Of a stretch of 64,000 nt of DNA, positions 38,280-47,943 are shown piece by piece (position 1 is the stretch's first letter; every line of letters starts with the position of its first letter). The notes beneath the pieces are model-generated. The model was not told the DNA's origin, did no database searches, and worked only from the letters and a program-made list of their open reading frames with translations. The stretch is from Lentisphaeria bacterium (GTDB lineage: Bacteria > Verrucomicrobiota > Lentisphaeria > Victivallales > UBA1829): positions 29,784-93,783 of the forward strand of contig JAFXYP010000086.1 of the NCBI GenBank assembly GCA_017541665.1, in the 5' to 3' direction. The position numbers were made by a program, and so were the translations under genes.

Positions 38280-40574
38280 TCATTTCTGTTTCACGCACAT
38301 TACGTGGTAGACGCCGTCGATGCGTTCGGAGCCCTCGGTGACATGTTCGAATCCGGGGAACTCGGCATCCCACGTCTCCAGCTGCTTCAGGTATTTGATC
38401 TGCGGGCAGTCCGAGTCGCCGAAAAGCTCGCCGGACATCAGCATCGGGATCCCGGGCGGATACGGGATCACGGAGCACGCCGCGACGCGTCCCGCGAGGC
38501 TGTGGGACGGCACCATCTCCACGTCGCCGGTCACGATGCGGCGGTAGGCTTCGCGCGGAGTGAGCTTCTGGCGCGGGAGCTCGCTGAACGCCCGGTCGAG
38601 CATGGCCTCCGGCGTCTTCTCGCGGATGTAGCGGAACATGCGGTCGGAGAGGGTGCGGAGGCCGTCCCTGCTGTAGTGGGCGGGATATGCGGCGGCGAGC
38701 TCGGGGAAGACCTCGGCGACGGGCGTGTCGGCCTGGTACAGGCGCTTGAAGTTCAGGAGCGTGTTCAGGAGCGTGCCCCATTTGCCTTTCGTAATGCCCA
38801 TGGAGAAGAGGAACATGATCTGGAAGTCCGTGGTGCGCGTAGGGACGATGCCCTCGCGGTACAGGTAATACGACACGAGGGCCGCCGGAACGCCGCGCGG
38901 CAGGATCGCGCCGTCGTCGCCCATGCCGGGCGTAAGGATGCTGACCTTGACCGGATCGAGCATGACCCAGTTTTCCTCCAGGCCGGAGAACCCGTGCCAC
39001 GCGGCGCCGTTTTCGATGCGCCAGCAGCGCTGGTCCGTAGCGAGAAGCGAACGCGGCGCGTCGGCGAACGCGTACGTGCGGCCGGTCTTCGGCTCCATGA
39101 CCGTTTCGGCGTTCCACGGCTTGAAGAACCAGCTGCCGTCGCGTTCGGACTGGCGGCAGACCCGTGCGAGCGCCTGCCGGAAATCGACCGCCTCCTCGAT
39201 CACCTCCTGCGTAAGGGAGCGCCCGCAGCGCGCCATCATGGCGGCGGAGATGTCGTTCGAGGCGCAGATGGCATAGAGAGGCGAGGTGGTGGCGTGGAGC
39301 ATGTATGCCTGGTTGAACCGGTTGAACGGAACCGGGCGGCGGCCTTCGCGGACGTGGATGTAGGACGCCTGCGACAGGGCGTTCAGGAGCTTGTGCGTGG
39401 AGTGCGTGGCGAACACGGTCGCACCCTTGTGGCCGGCGGGGTCGCCGCGCATGGCGAAATGATCCTCGTACATGGGGTTGAACCTCGCATAGCCGTACCA
39501 CGCCTCGTCCATGTGGATCACGTCAACCGATTTTTCGAGCTCGCCCTCGACCTTGGCGCTGTTGTAGCACAACCCGTCATAGGTGCAGTTCGTGACGACC
39601 GCGTAGACGGGGCGCGCGCCCTTCGGCGCGACCGGGCTGGCGGCGATTTTCGAGCGGATCGCCTCGGGCGTCATCTCCGAACGGTGGATTGGGCCGATGA
39701 TGCCGTAGCGGTTCCGGGTCGGGACCATGTAGACCGGGGTCGCGCCGGTGAGGATGAGGCCCTGTTCGATGGATTTGTGGCAGTTGCGGTCGCAGACGGC
39801 GACGTCGGCGTCGGTCAGGACGCCCTGGATGATGGTGCGGTTGCTGCCGGACGTGCCGACGACCACGGAATACGACCGGTGCGCGCCGAACGTCTTCGCG
39901 GCGAGCGCCTCGCTCTTTTCGAACGCGCCCTCGTGGTCGAGCAGGGAGCCGATGCTGCCGCGTTCGATGCCGGTGTCCGTGCGGAAGAGGTTTTCGCCGT
40001 AGAAATCGAAGAATTTCTTTCCTTCCGGCGACTTGGTGAAGCCGACGCCGCCCTGGTGGCCGGGCGCGGCCCAGGAGTATTCGTGGTTGGACTCGTTGTA
40101 GTCCCAGATCGCCTGCATGAGCGGCGGGAGCAGGCCGTCGCGCCAGCGGCGGGCGGCGGCTTCGATGCGGCCGGCAATGAACCGCGGGCTGTCCTCGAAG
40201 ATCCAGACGAACTCGTTGGCGAGCGCCATCATGGATTCGCTGAGGTTGCGGCTGGTCGCGGCACGGTCGGCGAGCAGGAAGACCGGGACGCCCGCCTGGC
40301 GTTCCCGGACGTGCCGCAGGAAATCCAGCGTGCGGCGTTCGGCGAGCTTCTCGAACTCCATGTCGGTGGCGACGAGAAACGCGTCGATGTCCATGTCCGT
40401 GGCGGCGATCGGGAACGCCTCGCAGACGCTCTGCGCGAACTGGACGACGATGCCCCGGTCCGCGAGCGCGTCGGCGAGCCGCGCGACGGCGTTGTGCATG
40501 GCGGAGCTGTTTTCGGAAAGGATGTCCTCCACGATGAGGACCTGTCTGACTTGCAGTTCGGTCGTATTATTCAT
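38280..40574 (-). CDS. inducible-type Orn/Lys/Arg decarboxylase (fold type I, with N-terminal wing domain)
   Basis: 764 aa with a response-regulator-like wing domain at the N-terminus. PLP region FATHSTHKLLNALSQAS. Substrate not assignable by eye. Confidence 0.85.
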   Translation of the reverse strand: MNNTTELQVRQVLIVEDILSENSSAMHNAVARLADALADRGIVVQFAQSVCEAFPIAATDMDIDAFLVATDMEFEKLAERRTLDFLRHVRERQAGVPVFLLADRAATSRNLSESMMALANEFVWIFEDSPRFIAGRIEAAARRWRDGLLPPLMQAIWDYNESNHEYSWAAPGHQGGVGFTKSPEGKKFFDFYGENLFRTDTGIERGSIGSLLDHEGAFEKSEALAAKTFGAHRSYSVVVGTSGSNRTIIQGVLTDADVAVCDRNCHKSIEQGLILTGATPVYMVPTRNRYGIIGPIHRSEMTPEAIRSKIAASPVAPKGARPVYAVVTNCTYDGLCYNSAKVEGELEKSVDVIHMDEAWYGYARFNPMYEDHFAMRGDPAGHKGATVFATHSTHKLLNALSQASYIHVREGRRPVPFNRFNQAYMLHATTSPLYAICASNDISAAMMARCGRSLTQEVIEEAVDFRQALARVCRQSERDGSWFFKPWNAETVMEPKTGRTYAFADAPRSLLATDQRCWRIENGAAWHGFSGLEENWVMLDPVKVSILTPGMGDDGAILPRGVPAALVSYYLYREGIVPTRTTDFQIMFLFSMGITKGKWGTLLNTLLNFKRLYQADTPVAEVFPELAAAYPAHYSRDGLRTLSDRMFRYIREKTPEAMLDRAFSELPRQKLTPREAYRRIVTGDVEMVPSHSLAGRVAACSVIPYPPGIPMLMSGELFGDSDCPQIKYLKQLETWDAEFPGFEHVTEGSERIDGVYHVMCVKQK

Positions 40575-40617
40575 ATTGCATACTCTCCTTTTTGGTTGTC
40601 GGCGGAAAAATGGATCG

Positions 40618-42096
40618 TCAGAGTTTGAGCTTGCCGGTCGCCGCCAGCACGACGGCGATGATCGCGATGATGACCATGGCGATCGCGCATGCGGCTTCCA
40701 GCGGCGTGAACGACGGCTTGTTCTTCAGCTCGGGGTCGGTAGCGTCCTCGCGGCCTTGGGCGCAGGCGCGCATGTACACCGGGATGCCGATCACGAGGAA
40801 GCAGAACGCCATCAGCAGATAGGTGAGCCCGGCGGCGTAGATCATCCAGAGCGCGTAGAGCGTGCCGGCGACGCCGCAGAGCATCGCGAAGGGGCGCTTC
40901 ACGGGCAGGTTGCCGGGATAGTCGTCCGTCGCGCAGAGTTTCCAGAGGTATGCCGTGCAGGCGAGGTAAGGCGGCAGGATCATGACGGACGTGATGGAGA
41001 GCATCGTGTTCCAGGCGTTGTTCTCGAAATAGACGAAGATCATGGTGAGCTGCATGAGGCCGCTGGTGACCCAGAGCGAGGCGGACGGGCTTTCGTGGGC
41101 GTTCTCCCGGCGGAAGAACCGCGGGAACGTGCCGTCGAGCGCGGCGGCGTACGGGATCTGCGCGATCATAATCGTGAACGCCAGCCAGCTGGTCATGAGC
41201 GCGATGATCACGCCGAGGTTCATCACCCAGCCGCCCCAGGAACCGACGATCTTCGCCATGATGGGCGCGGTCGACGGGTTCTCCAGCGCGGCAAGATGCC
41301 CCTGCGACATGTAGCCGAACGGGAGCATGGAGAGCAGGAAATAGATCGCGAGGCAGGCGAAGAAGCCGAGTATCGTCGCGGTGCCGACGTCGCGCTGGCT
41401 TTTCGCACGCCCGGAGATCACCACGGCGCCCTCGATGCCGATGAACGTCCAGAGCGTGACGAGCATCGTGGATTTCACCTGGGGCATGATGCCGCCGAGC
41501 GGCTTGTCCGCAAGCGCTTTCGAGAACGTGTGTCCCCAGAAGTCGACCCGGAACACGTCGAACCGGAAGACGAACAGCATCACGACGATGAAGAGCAGGA
41601 TCGGGACGAGCTTGCAGATCGTGCCGACCACGTTCAGGAACGCCGCCTGCTTCACGCCGCGCAGGACGAGGAAGTTCATGAGCCAGATCACGCAGGAGCC
41701 GCCGAGGATCGACGGGATGTTGTTGCCGTGCGTGAACCAGCCGGGAAAGAAGTAGTTGAGCGCGTCCATCAGCAGCACGGCGTACGCCACATTCCCGAAG
41801 ACGTTGCAGAGCCAGTAGCACCACGCCATCTGGAATCCGGCGAACTTGCCGAATCCGAGGCGGGCGTAGGCGTAGATGCCCGTGGTGGCGTCCGGCCGCG
41901 CATCGGCCAGGATGCGGAACGTGTTGGCCAGAAAAAAGATCCCGACGCCGGTGATGATCCACGCGATCAGCACGGCCCCGGCCCCCGCCCCCTGCGACAT
42001 GTTCTGCGGCAGGCTGAATATGCCGCCCCCGACCATGGCGCTGACGACCAGCGCAGCCAGCATCATCACGCCAAGTTTCTTCGATTGATCTCCCAT
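40618..42096 (-). CDS. APA-family basic amino acid/polyamine antiporter (ArcD/CadB/PotE-like)
   Basis: N-terminus LAALVVSAMVGGGIFSLPQNM closely resembles ArcD-type antiporters. About 12 TM helices. It lies upstream of the decarboxylase in the same operon. Confidence 0.8.
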   Translation of the reverse strand: MGDQSKKLGVMMLAALVVSAMVGGGIFSLPQNMSQGAGAGAVLIAWIITGVGIFFLANTFRILADARPDATTGIYAYARLGFGKFAGFQMAWCYWLCNVFGNVAYAVLLMDALNYFFPGWFTHGNNIPSILGGSCVIWLMNFLVLRGVKQAAFLNVVGTICKLVPILLFIVVMLFVFRFDVFRVDFWGHTFSKALADKPLGGIMPQVKSTMLVTLWTFIGIEGAVVISGRAKSQRDVGTATILGFFACLAIYFLLSMLPFGYMSQGHLAALENPSTAPIMAKIVGSWGGWVMNLGVIIALMTSWLAFTIMIAQIPYAAALDGTFPRFFRRENAHESPSASLWVTSGLMQLTMIFVYFENNAWNTMLSITSVMILPPYLACTAYLWKLCATDDYPGNLPVKRPFAMLCGVAGTLYALWMIYAAGLTYLLMAFCFLVIGIPVYMRACAQGREDATDPELKNKPSFTPLEAACAIAMVIIAIIAVVLAATGKLKL

Positions 42097-42253
42097 AAAA
42101 TAACCCCTCCCGGTTGTGTGTTCGGGGCGAATCCGCCGGCAACCCGTCCGGTTTCAACGGCGGAGGCGCCCGTTGTTTTTTTTGGAACAGGGGGAGGGAC
42201 CTGCGGACACTGCCGGACCCGGACGCCCCTCCCCCGGATGTCCGTTTCCTGTT

Positions 42254-42281
42254 ACAATAGCACGGTCCGGCGGGAATTCAA
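42254..42281 (-). promoter_or_regulatory. putative promoter of the antiporter-decarboxylase operon
   Basis: On the minus strand: TTGAAT, 16 nt, TATTGT. This would give a leader of about 150 nt. Confidence 0.35.
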
Positions 42282-42338
42282 ACGCGGAAATGTGCCGCCG
42301 GAACCGGAAAAAAAGGGTGAAAGGACGGGAAAATGCCC

Positions 42339-42366
42339 TTGCTTTTTCCCGAAGACGATGTATAAT
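42339..42366 (+). promoter_or_regulatory. putative promoter of mraY
   Basis: TTGCTT, 16 nt, TATAAT, about 70 nt upstream of the mraY ATG. Confidence 0.45.
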
Positions 42367-42435
42367 ATTCCGCAGCAAACCCTGCACCCTGTTTTTTTCA
42401 AAAAAAACCATTCCAATCCCCCCGTACACGCCGCC

Positions 42436-43533
42436 ATGCTCTATTACCTCGTCTCACTCATCCCCGACTTCGAAACGACCCCCCTCCGCCTGTTCAACTA
42501 CTTTACGTTCCGCGCCGCCGCCGCGCTGGTCACTGCCACGCTGCTGGGCATCCTGCTCGGCCCGCTGACGGTGCGCCTGCTGAAGAAAGCCGTGGCGCCG
42601 CCGCGCCTGGAGGGGATCATAGCCGAAGAGTTCGTGGACCATTCGAAGGACAAGACGCCGAGCATGGGCGGGCTGCTGGTGGTGGCGAGCATCATCCTGG
42701 CGACCTTGCTGTGGGGCGACCTGACGAACCGCCTGCTCCTGCTCTTCCTGTGCACGCTCGCGGCGTTCTCCGCCATCGGGTTCATCGACGACTTCACGAA
42801 GATCAAAAGCAAGAAGGACGGCGTGTCCGCCAAGTACAAGCTCGTCTGCCAGTTCGCCGTCTCCATCATGGCGATCCTCGTCTACTCCCACCTCACGCCC
42901 GAGATCGCGAAGACGTTCCGCCTGCTCTACGTGCCGTTCGTGAAGGACCCGGTCTGGGTCATGCCCTACCCCGTGGCGGTCGCGTTCGCCGTCTTCGTGC
43001 TCGTCGGCACCTCGAACGCCGTGAACCTGACGGACGGGAAGGACGGGCTCGCGACGGGCTGCACGATCTGGTGCATGATGACGTATGCGCTGATCGCATA
43101 CCTGTGCACGAACGCGATCTTCGCCTCGCACCTGGACCTGCCGTTCATCCGCAACGGCGCCGAGATCGTCGTGTTCGCGGCCGCGATCATCGGGGCGTGC
43201 GTCGGGTTCCTGTGGCACAACTGCAAGCCCGCGTCGATGTTCATGGGCGACACCGGCAGCCTCGCGCTCGGCGGCATCATCGGGTTCATCTCCATCCTCG
43301 TGAACCAGGAACTCCTCCTCATCCTCGTGGGCGGCGTCTTCGTGATGGAGATCGGGTCCGTCATGATCCAGGTCACCAGCTTCAAGCTGACCGGGAAACG
43401 CGTCTTCAAATGCACCCCGATCCACCACCATTTCGAACAGCTCGGCTGGACGGAGACGCAGATCGTGACGCGGTTCTGGATCCTCGCGGGGCTCTTCGCG
43501 CTCGCGGGCGCCGCCACGATGAAGCTGCGCTGA
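42436..43533 (+). CDS. mraY: phospho-N-acetylmuramoyl-pentapeptide transferase
   Basis: MLYYL...FNYFTFRAAAALVTA N-terminus as in MraY, KTPSMGG, DDF.K, NAVNLTDGKDGLA, and MGDTGSLALGG. It is the last third of a spurious 1138-codon ORF. Confidence 0.95.
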   Translation: MLYYLVSLIPDFETTPLRLFNYFTFRAAAALVTATLLGILLGPLTVRLLKKAVAPPRLEGIIAEEFVDHSKDKTPSMGGLLVVASIILATLLWGDLTNRLLLLFLCTLAAFSAIGFIDDFTKIKSKKDGVSAKYKLVCQFAVSIMAILVYSHLTPEIAKTFRLLYVPFVKDPVWVMPYPVAVAFAVFVLVGTSNAVNLTDGKDGLATGCTIWCMMTYALIAYLCTNAIFASHLDLPFIRNGAEIVVFAAAIIGACVGFLWHNCKPASMFMGDTGSLALGGIIGFISILVNQELLLILVGGVFVMEIGSVMIQVTSFKLTGKRVFKCTPIHHHFEQLGWTETQIVTRFWILAGLFALAGAATMKLR

Positions 43534-43575
43534 GGCCGGATCTCCTTTTCCGGTCATCTTGAGGGGAGACAAGCC

Positions 43576-44010
43576 ATGAAAAAGAAAGTCAAATGGCTGA
43601 TCTGGATCGGGAGTTTCGTCCTTCTTGCGGTCCTTTCGATTTCGGTTTCCGTTTTCATTTCGAAGCGCAGTCGCGATCCGGTTTTCGATCCCGCTCCGCT
43701 GATCGGATTGACGAAGGAAGAAGTCCTCGAACTGGCATTCGACCAATACCCGAAAAACGGGCGCGGCGAACTGAACATCCTGGTTCATGAAATCAATCAG
43801 TACGGAAATACGTCATACGTAAATCGCTATTACAAAACCCTCGAAGAAGCAAAAAACGATGCCCGCCTGATGGGGTGGGACGTCTGGGAGACCAACGGGC
43901 GGAAAAAGTTTTCCCTTTCCCTTTTCCAAATACCGGTGGAATACTATGTTTTCTATTTCGAAGACGGAAAAGTCGTGAACGTGGAAACGACGATCTGGTA
44001 CATGGAATGA
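43576..44010 (+). CDS. membrane-anchored hypothetical protein
   Basis: RBS GAGGGGAG and an N-terminal TM helix. More A/T-rich by eye than mraY. No recognisable family. Confidence 0.5.
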   Translation: MKKKVKWLIWIGSFVLLAVLSISVSVFISKRSRDPVFDPAPLIGLTKEEVLELAFDQYPKNGRGELNILVHEINQYGNTSYVNRYYKTLEEAKNDARLMGWDVWETNGRKKFSLSLFQIPVEYYVFYFEDGKVVNVETTIWYME

Positions 44011-44433
44011 TTATTTGAAATCGAGGGGGGAGCCGGAGGATTTCTTCGGCTCCGGGCGTTTTTCGTAGTCCGGGCAGTCGTCCATCGGCTGGACCTCGCA
44101 ATGCTTGCGCGTGCAGATCACGGCAAAGACGTTCACAAGCGCATGGGCGCAATCCCGGCAGAAACGGTGTTCCGCAGGAGTGTCCATGTCCAGGATGGAG
44201 GGTTTCTTCTCTTCAGCGAAATCATTGCCGAAAAGCGCGTCCAGCGCCTTGCGCCCGGCGGAGACCGAAGCGGAGTCCGAAGATTTCGGGGCGTCCGCTG
44301 CGCCCGCGTCCGTGCCGCAGAACGAACAAACCAGGTGTTCGCCCTTCACGTCCCAGCCGTCGAGGATCTTCTCCAGCTTCGCGAACGCGGTACGTCCGCA
44401 GGCGGGACAGGTGAACTGCTCGCCGGGCTTCAT
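44011..44433 (-). CDS. zinc-ribbon protein of unknown function
   Basis: CPAC...CSFC ribbon plus a second Cys cluster (CRDC...C...C...C). ATGA overlap with the upstream AI-2E transporter gene. Confidence 0.5.
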   Translation of the reverse strand: MKPGEQFTCPACGRTAFAKLEKILDGWDVKGEHLVCSFCGTDAGAADAPKSSDSASVSAGRKALDALFGNDFAEEKKPSILDMDTPAEHRFCRDCAHALVNVFAVICTRKHCEVQPMDDCPDYEKRPEPKKSSGSPLDFK

Positions 44434-45908
44434 GTGCCGGAATCCGCGCTGTCGTGCTGTACCGGCACCGGTTTACGGCGTCTGCGCCGGTTTAATGTCT
44501 CGTAAAAAAGCGGGACGAGGAGCTTCAGGAGGGCGGCGGCGGGGACGGCCAGGATCATGCCGGAGATGCCGGCGATCACCGCGCCGAGCAGCACGACGAT
44601 GATGGTCTCCACGAGCGTCAGGCCGATGGCTTCGCCGACCAGCACCGGGTACAGCAGGAGCTGTTCCAGGATCACATGGATCAGCAGGTAAGCCAGCGTG
44701 ATGCCGATGATGGGCATCACGATGCCTTCCTGCGCGAAGATAATCGTCACGACGACGGACAGGAGGGCCGCCAGCACGGGGCCGAGGAACGGCAGCAGGA
44801 TCGTGGAGCCGGCGATGAGCGAGAGGACGGGCCAGAAAGGCACATTGAACGGGATGAAGATCAGCGCGTACAGGACAGTCTCCAGCACGATGATCCAGAA
44901 ATAGCCGACCAGCCATGCCCGGAACATCCCGTAAATGTGGTCGATGATCCGCGCGGCGCCCTGGCGTTCGTGTTCGGAGGCGTCAGGCAGCCAGCCGCTT
45001 TCGTAGATGCTGCTCACGGTCCATTCGCCGAGGTTCTGCCCGGGATCCCCGCGACCTGCGGCGAAAACCGCCATTTTGAGGAGAAAATAGTAGTAGAAAA
45101 AGAGGAACATGACGAGGTCGAACGCGAACGTGCCGACCCAGGCCGTGACGTGAAACGCATTCTTGATCAGCCCGTTGCCCGCCATAAACATGTATTTCGC
45201 CAAATCGGCGTTGTGCTCCTCCATCGCGTCGGAGAACCGGTTCCGCAGGCGTTCGCGGACGTTCTTGCCGGCGTTTTCATCCGAGGGCGGATCAAGACGG
45301 TCCAGCAGTTCGCCGATCTTCTGCTCCAACTTCTCGACCACATGGTTGTTCTGCGCCCACTGGGACATGGATTCGCCGGACATGGAAGCGAACGGCCGGA
45401 TGAAATGAACGAGCATCCAGCCGAGAAGGACCGTCACGACCACGACGAAAATGACCGTCATGGCGGAGGCGCGGGTGGCGATGCGGGTTCGTTCCGCCGC
45501 GGGGATCCCGTCGGCGGCGGCCTGTTCCCCGGGATCATTTTCCGCTTCCTGCGATTTCGTCTTATCGCCGAGGCGGCGCGTAATGCGCCTGCGGAAGGCG
45601 GTGAACGGGGCATTGAGCTTCACGAGAAAAGCATGGACTCCGCGCATGAACTTCGTCCCGAAGAAACGGCGTTCCAGAAGCTGTTCAAAATGGATCGACA
45701 GGACGGCGGCCAGGATACCGAAGAAAAGCGATTTGACGAAGACCGCCGCCAGCACGAACAGAACCAGGATCACGAAGACCGGGATGAAGCCGTGCGCGGG
45801 CGCGACGAACGCTTCCGCTTTCGGACGGCGGAGAAACGATCGGGTCGATGAAACCGTAGTGGACGATTCCGCCCGACCGGAGCCGGTCTTGTCCTGTCCG
45901 GATTCCAT
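44430..45908 (-). CDS. AI-2E family transporter (PerM/UPF0118)
   Basis: The C-terminal half (IPFNVPFWPVLSLIAGSTILLPFLGPVLA ... LLYPVLVGEAIGL) is typical of the family. The N-terminal region is long. Confidence 0.75.
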   Translation of the reverse strand: MESGQDKTGSGRAESSTTVSSTRSFLRRPKAEAFVAPAHGFIPVFVILVLFVLAAVFVKSLFFGILAAVLSIHFEQLLERRFFGTKFMRGVHAFLVKLNAPFTAFRRRITRRLGDKTKSQEAENDPGEQAAADGIPAAERTRIATRASAMTVIFVVVVTVLLGWMLVHFIRPFASMSGESMSQWAQNNHVVEKLEQKIGELLDRLDPPSDENAGKNVRERLRNRFSDAMEEHNADLAKYMFMAGNGLIKNAFHVTAWVGTFAFDLVMFLFFYYYFLLKMAVFAAGRGDPGQNLGEWTVSSIYESGWLPDASEHERQGAARIIDHIYGMFRAWLVGYFWIIVLETVLYALIFIPFNVPFWPVLSLIAGSTILLPFLGPVLAALLSVVVTIIFAQEGIVMPIIGITLAYLLIHVILEQLLLYPVLVGEAIGLTLVETIIVVLLGAVIAGISGMILAVPAAALLKLLVPLFYETLNRRRRRKPVPVQHDSADSGT

Positions 45909-45914
45909 GTTCGG

Positions 45915-46958
45915 TCACTCCGTGACGATGGACTTGCCGGAACCTTCCGTGACCTCGCCGACGACGAAGGCACGGATCCCGGCGGATTCGGCGGCGTCCA
46001 TGGCGGCCTTGGCGGCATCGGGACGCACGAACCAGACCATGCCGACGCCCATGTTGAACACACGATAGGCTTCCTGCACGGGGAGGCTGCCGATCTTCAC
46101 CATGAGATCGAAAATGGCGGGCTTGAACGGGATCTTCGAGGTATGGAAGACGGCGTCGACGGTCTTCGGCAGGATGCGCGGGACGTTGTCGATGAGGCCG
46201 CCGCCGGTGATGTGGGCGATGCCGTTGATCGCGACGCCCGCGGCTTTGGCGGCCTTGATGGCGGGGAGGTAGCAGACATGGGGCTTCAGGAGCGCTTCGC
46301 CGACGGATTCGCCGCCGAGCTCGTCCGGGGTGGATTTCACGGTGTATCCGGCGGCATCAAAGAGCAGCTTGCGCGCGAGGCTGAATCCGTTGGTGTGGAG
46401 GCCGTTGGAGGCGAGTCCGATGGCGACGTCGCCGGGGGCGATGTGTTCGCCGGTGATGATCTCGCTCTTCTCCACGATGCCGGTGATGATGCCGACCAGG
46501 TCGAAATCGTCGCCGTACATGCCGGGCATCTCCGCGGTCTCGCCGCCGAGGACGGCGCAGTTCGCGGCGCGGCAGGCGTCGGCGATGCCGCCGAGGACCT
46601 GTTCATAGAGCGGGCTGCGGAGCTTGCCGATGCCGATGTAGTCGAGGAAATAGATGGGCTCCGCGCCCTGCACGGCGATGTCGTTGATGCAGTGGTTCAC
46701 GATGTCGAAGCCGACCGTGTCGTATTTCTGCATTTCCGAGGCGACCATGAGCTTGGTGCCGACGCCGTCGATGCTGGCGACGAGGACGGGTTCGCGGTAT
46801 CCCGGGAACCCGGCCTGGAAGAGGCCGCCGAAGCCGCCGATGGGAGCGAGCATTTCGGGGCGGCGCGCGGCGGCGAGACGGGGTTTGACGCGTCCGAGGA
46901 GTTCAGTGGCGAGGTCGATGTCGACGCCGGCTTCTTTGTAGGAGGAGGGAGTTTGCAT
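45915..46958 (-). CDS. purM: phosphoribosylformylglycinamidine cyclo-ligase (AIR synthetase)
   Basis: YKEAGVDID, GGFGGLF, DGVGTKL and GGETAEMPG. Confidence 0.95.
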   Translation of the reverse strand: MQTPSSYKEAGVDIDLATELLGRVKPRLAAARRPEMLAPIGGFGGLFQAGFPGYREPVLVASIDGVGTKLMVASEMQKYDTVGFDIVNHCINDIAVQGAEPIYFLDYIGIGKLRSPLYEQVLGGIADACRAANCAVLGGETAEMPGMYGDDFDLVGIITGIVEKSEIITGEHIAPGDVAIGLASNGLHTNGFSLARKLLFDAAGYTVKSTPDELGGESVGEALLKPHVCYLPAIKAAKAAGVAINGIAHITGGGLIDNVPRILPKTVDAVFHTSKIPFKPAIFDLMVKIGSLPVQEAYRVFNMGVGMVWFVRPDAAKAAMDAAESAGIRAFVVGEVTEGSGKSIVTE

Positions 46959-46989
46959 GCGGCGGGGGGCTTTCGTGTTATGGATGATG

Positions 46990-47793
46990 TTATTTGAGTT
47001 TCAGGTTGGAGAATGCGGCGCCGAGGCTGCCGAAGGGTTCATTGCTCTGCGGAAGCGGATAGCCGGAGAGGATCCTGTTCTGCGCCTCGAAGACCGGGGC
47101 GAGGCCGGCCTGCGCCAATTCGAGGATCCTGTCGAGCTGCTCGCGGTCGAACGGGACCTCTTCGGCGGTGCCCTGGAGTTCGATGAACTTGCCGGACTCG
47201 GTCATGACGACGTTGAAATCGACGTCCGCGCCGGAATCCTCCTCGTAACAGAGGTCGAGGAGCGGCACGCCGCCGCGGATGCCGACGCTGATGGCGCCGA
47301 CGTTCTCACGCATGGGAAACCGCTGGATCTTCTTCTCAGACAAGAGCTTGCGGAATGCGATCTGAAGTACGACGCTGGCGCCGCAGATGGAGGCGCACCG
47401 GGTGCCGCCGTCCGCGTCGATCACATCGCAGTCGATGTAGAGCGTGTTCGGGCCGAGCGCCTGCAGGTCGATGACCGAACGGAAGGAACGCCCGATGAGG
47501 CGCTGGATCTCCATGGTGCGGCCGGACTGCTTGCCGCGGGAGGCCTCGCGCGCGACGCGGGTATTACCCGCGCCGGGGATCATGCCGTATTCGCTGGTGA
47601 CCCAGCCGCCGGACACGCCCTGCTGGCGCATCCATCCGGGGACGCCCTGTTCGAACGAAGCGGAACAGATGACCTTGGTGCCGCCGACCTCGATGAGCGC
47701 GGAGGCGATCGGGTGGGCGAGGTAGTCGGGCGTGATGCGGAATTTGCGTGGCTGCGACGGCGCGCGTCCGTCAATGCGTCTGGTGTTGTTCAT
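46990..47793 (-). CDS. rph: ribonuclease PH with short C-terminal extension
   Basis: GWVTSEYGMIPGAGNTR, GRTMEIQRLIGRS and DCDVIDADGGTR. Confidence 0.95.
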   Translation of the reverse strand: MNNTRRIDGRAPSQPRKFRITPDYLAHPIASALIEVGGTKVICSASFEQGVPGWMRQQGVSGGWVTSEYGMIPGAGNTRVAREASRGKQSGRTMEIQRLIGRSFRSVIDLQALGPNTLYIDCDVIDADGGTRCASICGASVVLQIAFRKLLSEKKIQRFPMRENVGAISVGIRGGVPLLDLCYEEDSGADVDFNVVMTESGKFIELQGTAEEVPFDREQLDRILELAQAGLAPVFEAQNRILSGYPLPQSNEPFGSLGAAFSNLKLK

Positions 47794-47827
47794 GCAGGAT
47801 CCATTTCAACGGTTCAAAAATAAAAAA

Positions 47828-47939
47828 GCCGCCGCCCGACAGATGACCTACGCGCAAGGTCTTAACGCTTAGAGCTGCTTTGTTCCCAACCTGACTCGGT
47901 TCACGCAATTCCATCGCACAGGGTCCGGCGGACGACGGC
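47828..47939 (-). ncRNA. ffs: small (4.5S-type) signal recognition particle RNA
   Basis: The minus strand reads GCCGUCGUCCGCCGG...GAGUCAGGUUG-GGAA-CAAAGCAGC...GUCGGGCGGCGGC UUUUUU. This gives the domain IV GGAA tetraloop with conserved AGG/AGCA loops, a closing terminal helix and a U-tail. Confidence 0.85.
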
Positions 47940-47943
47940 AAAA

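Noticed and set aside
40117-43533. 1138-codon plus-strand ORF
   Set aside because: Only the last 365 codons (mraY) are real. The upstream part is antisense to the decarboxylase and antiporter genes and crosses the promoter-containing intergenic region.
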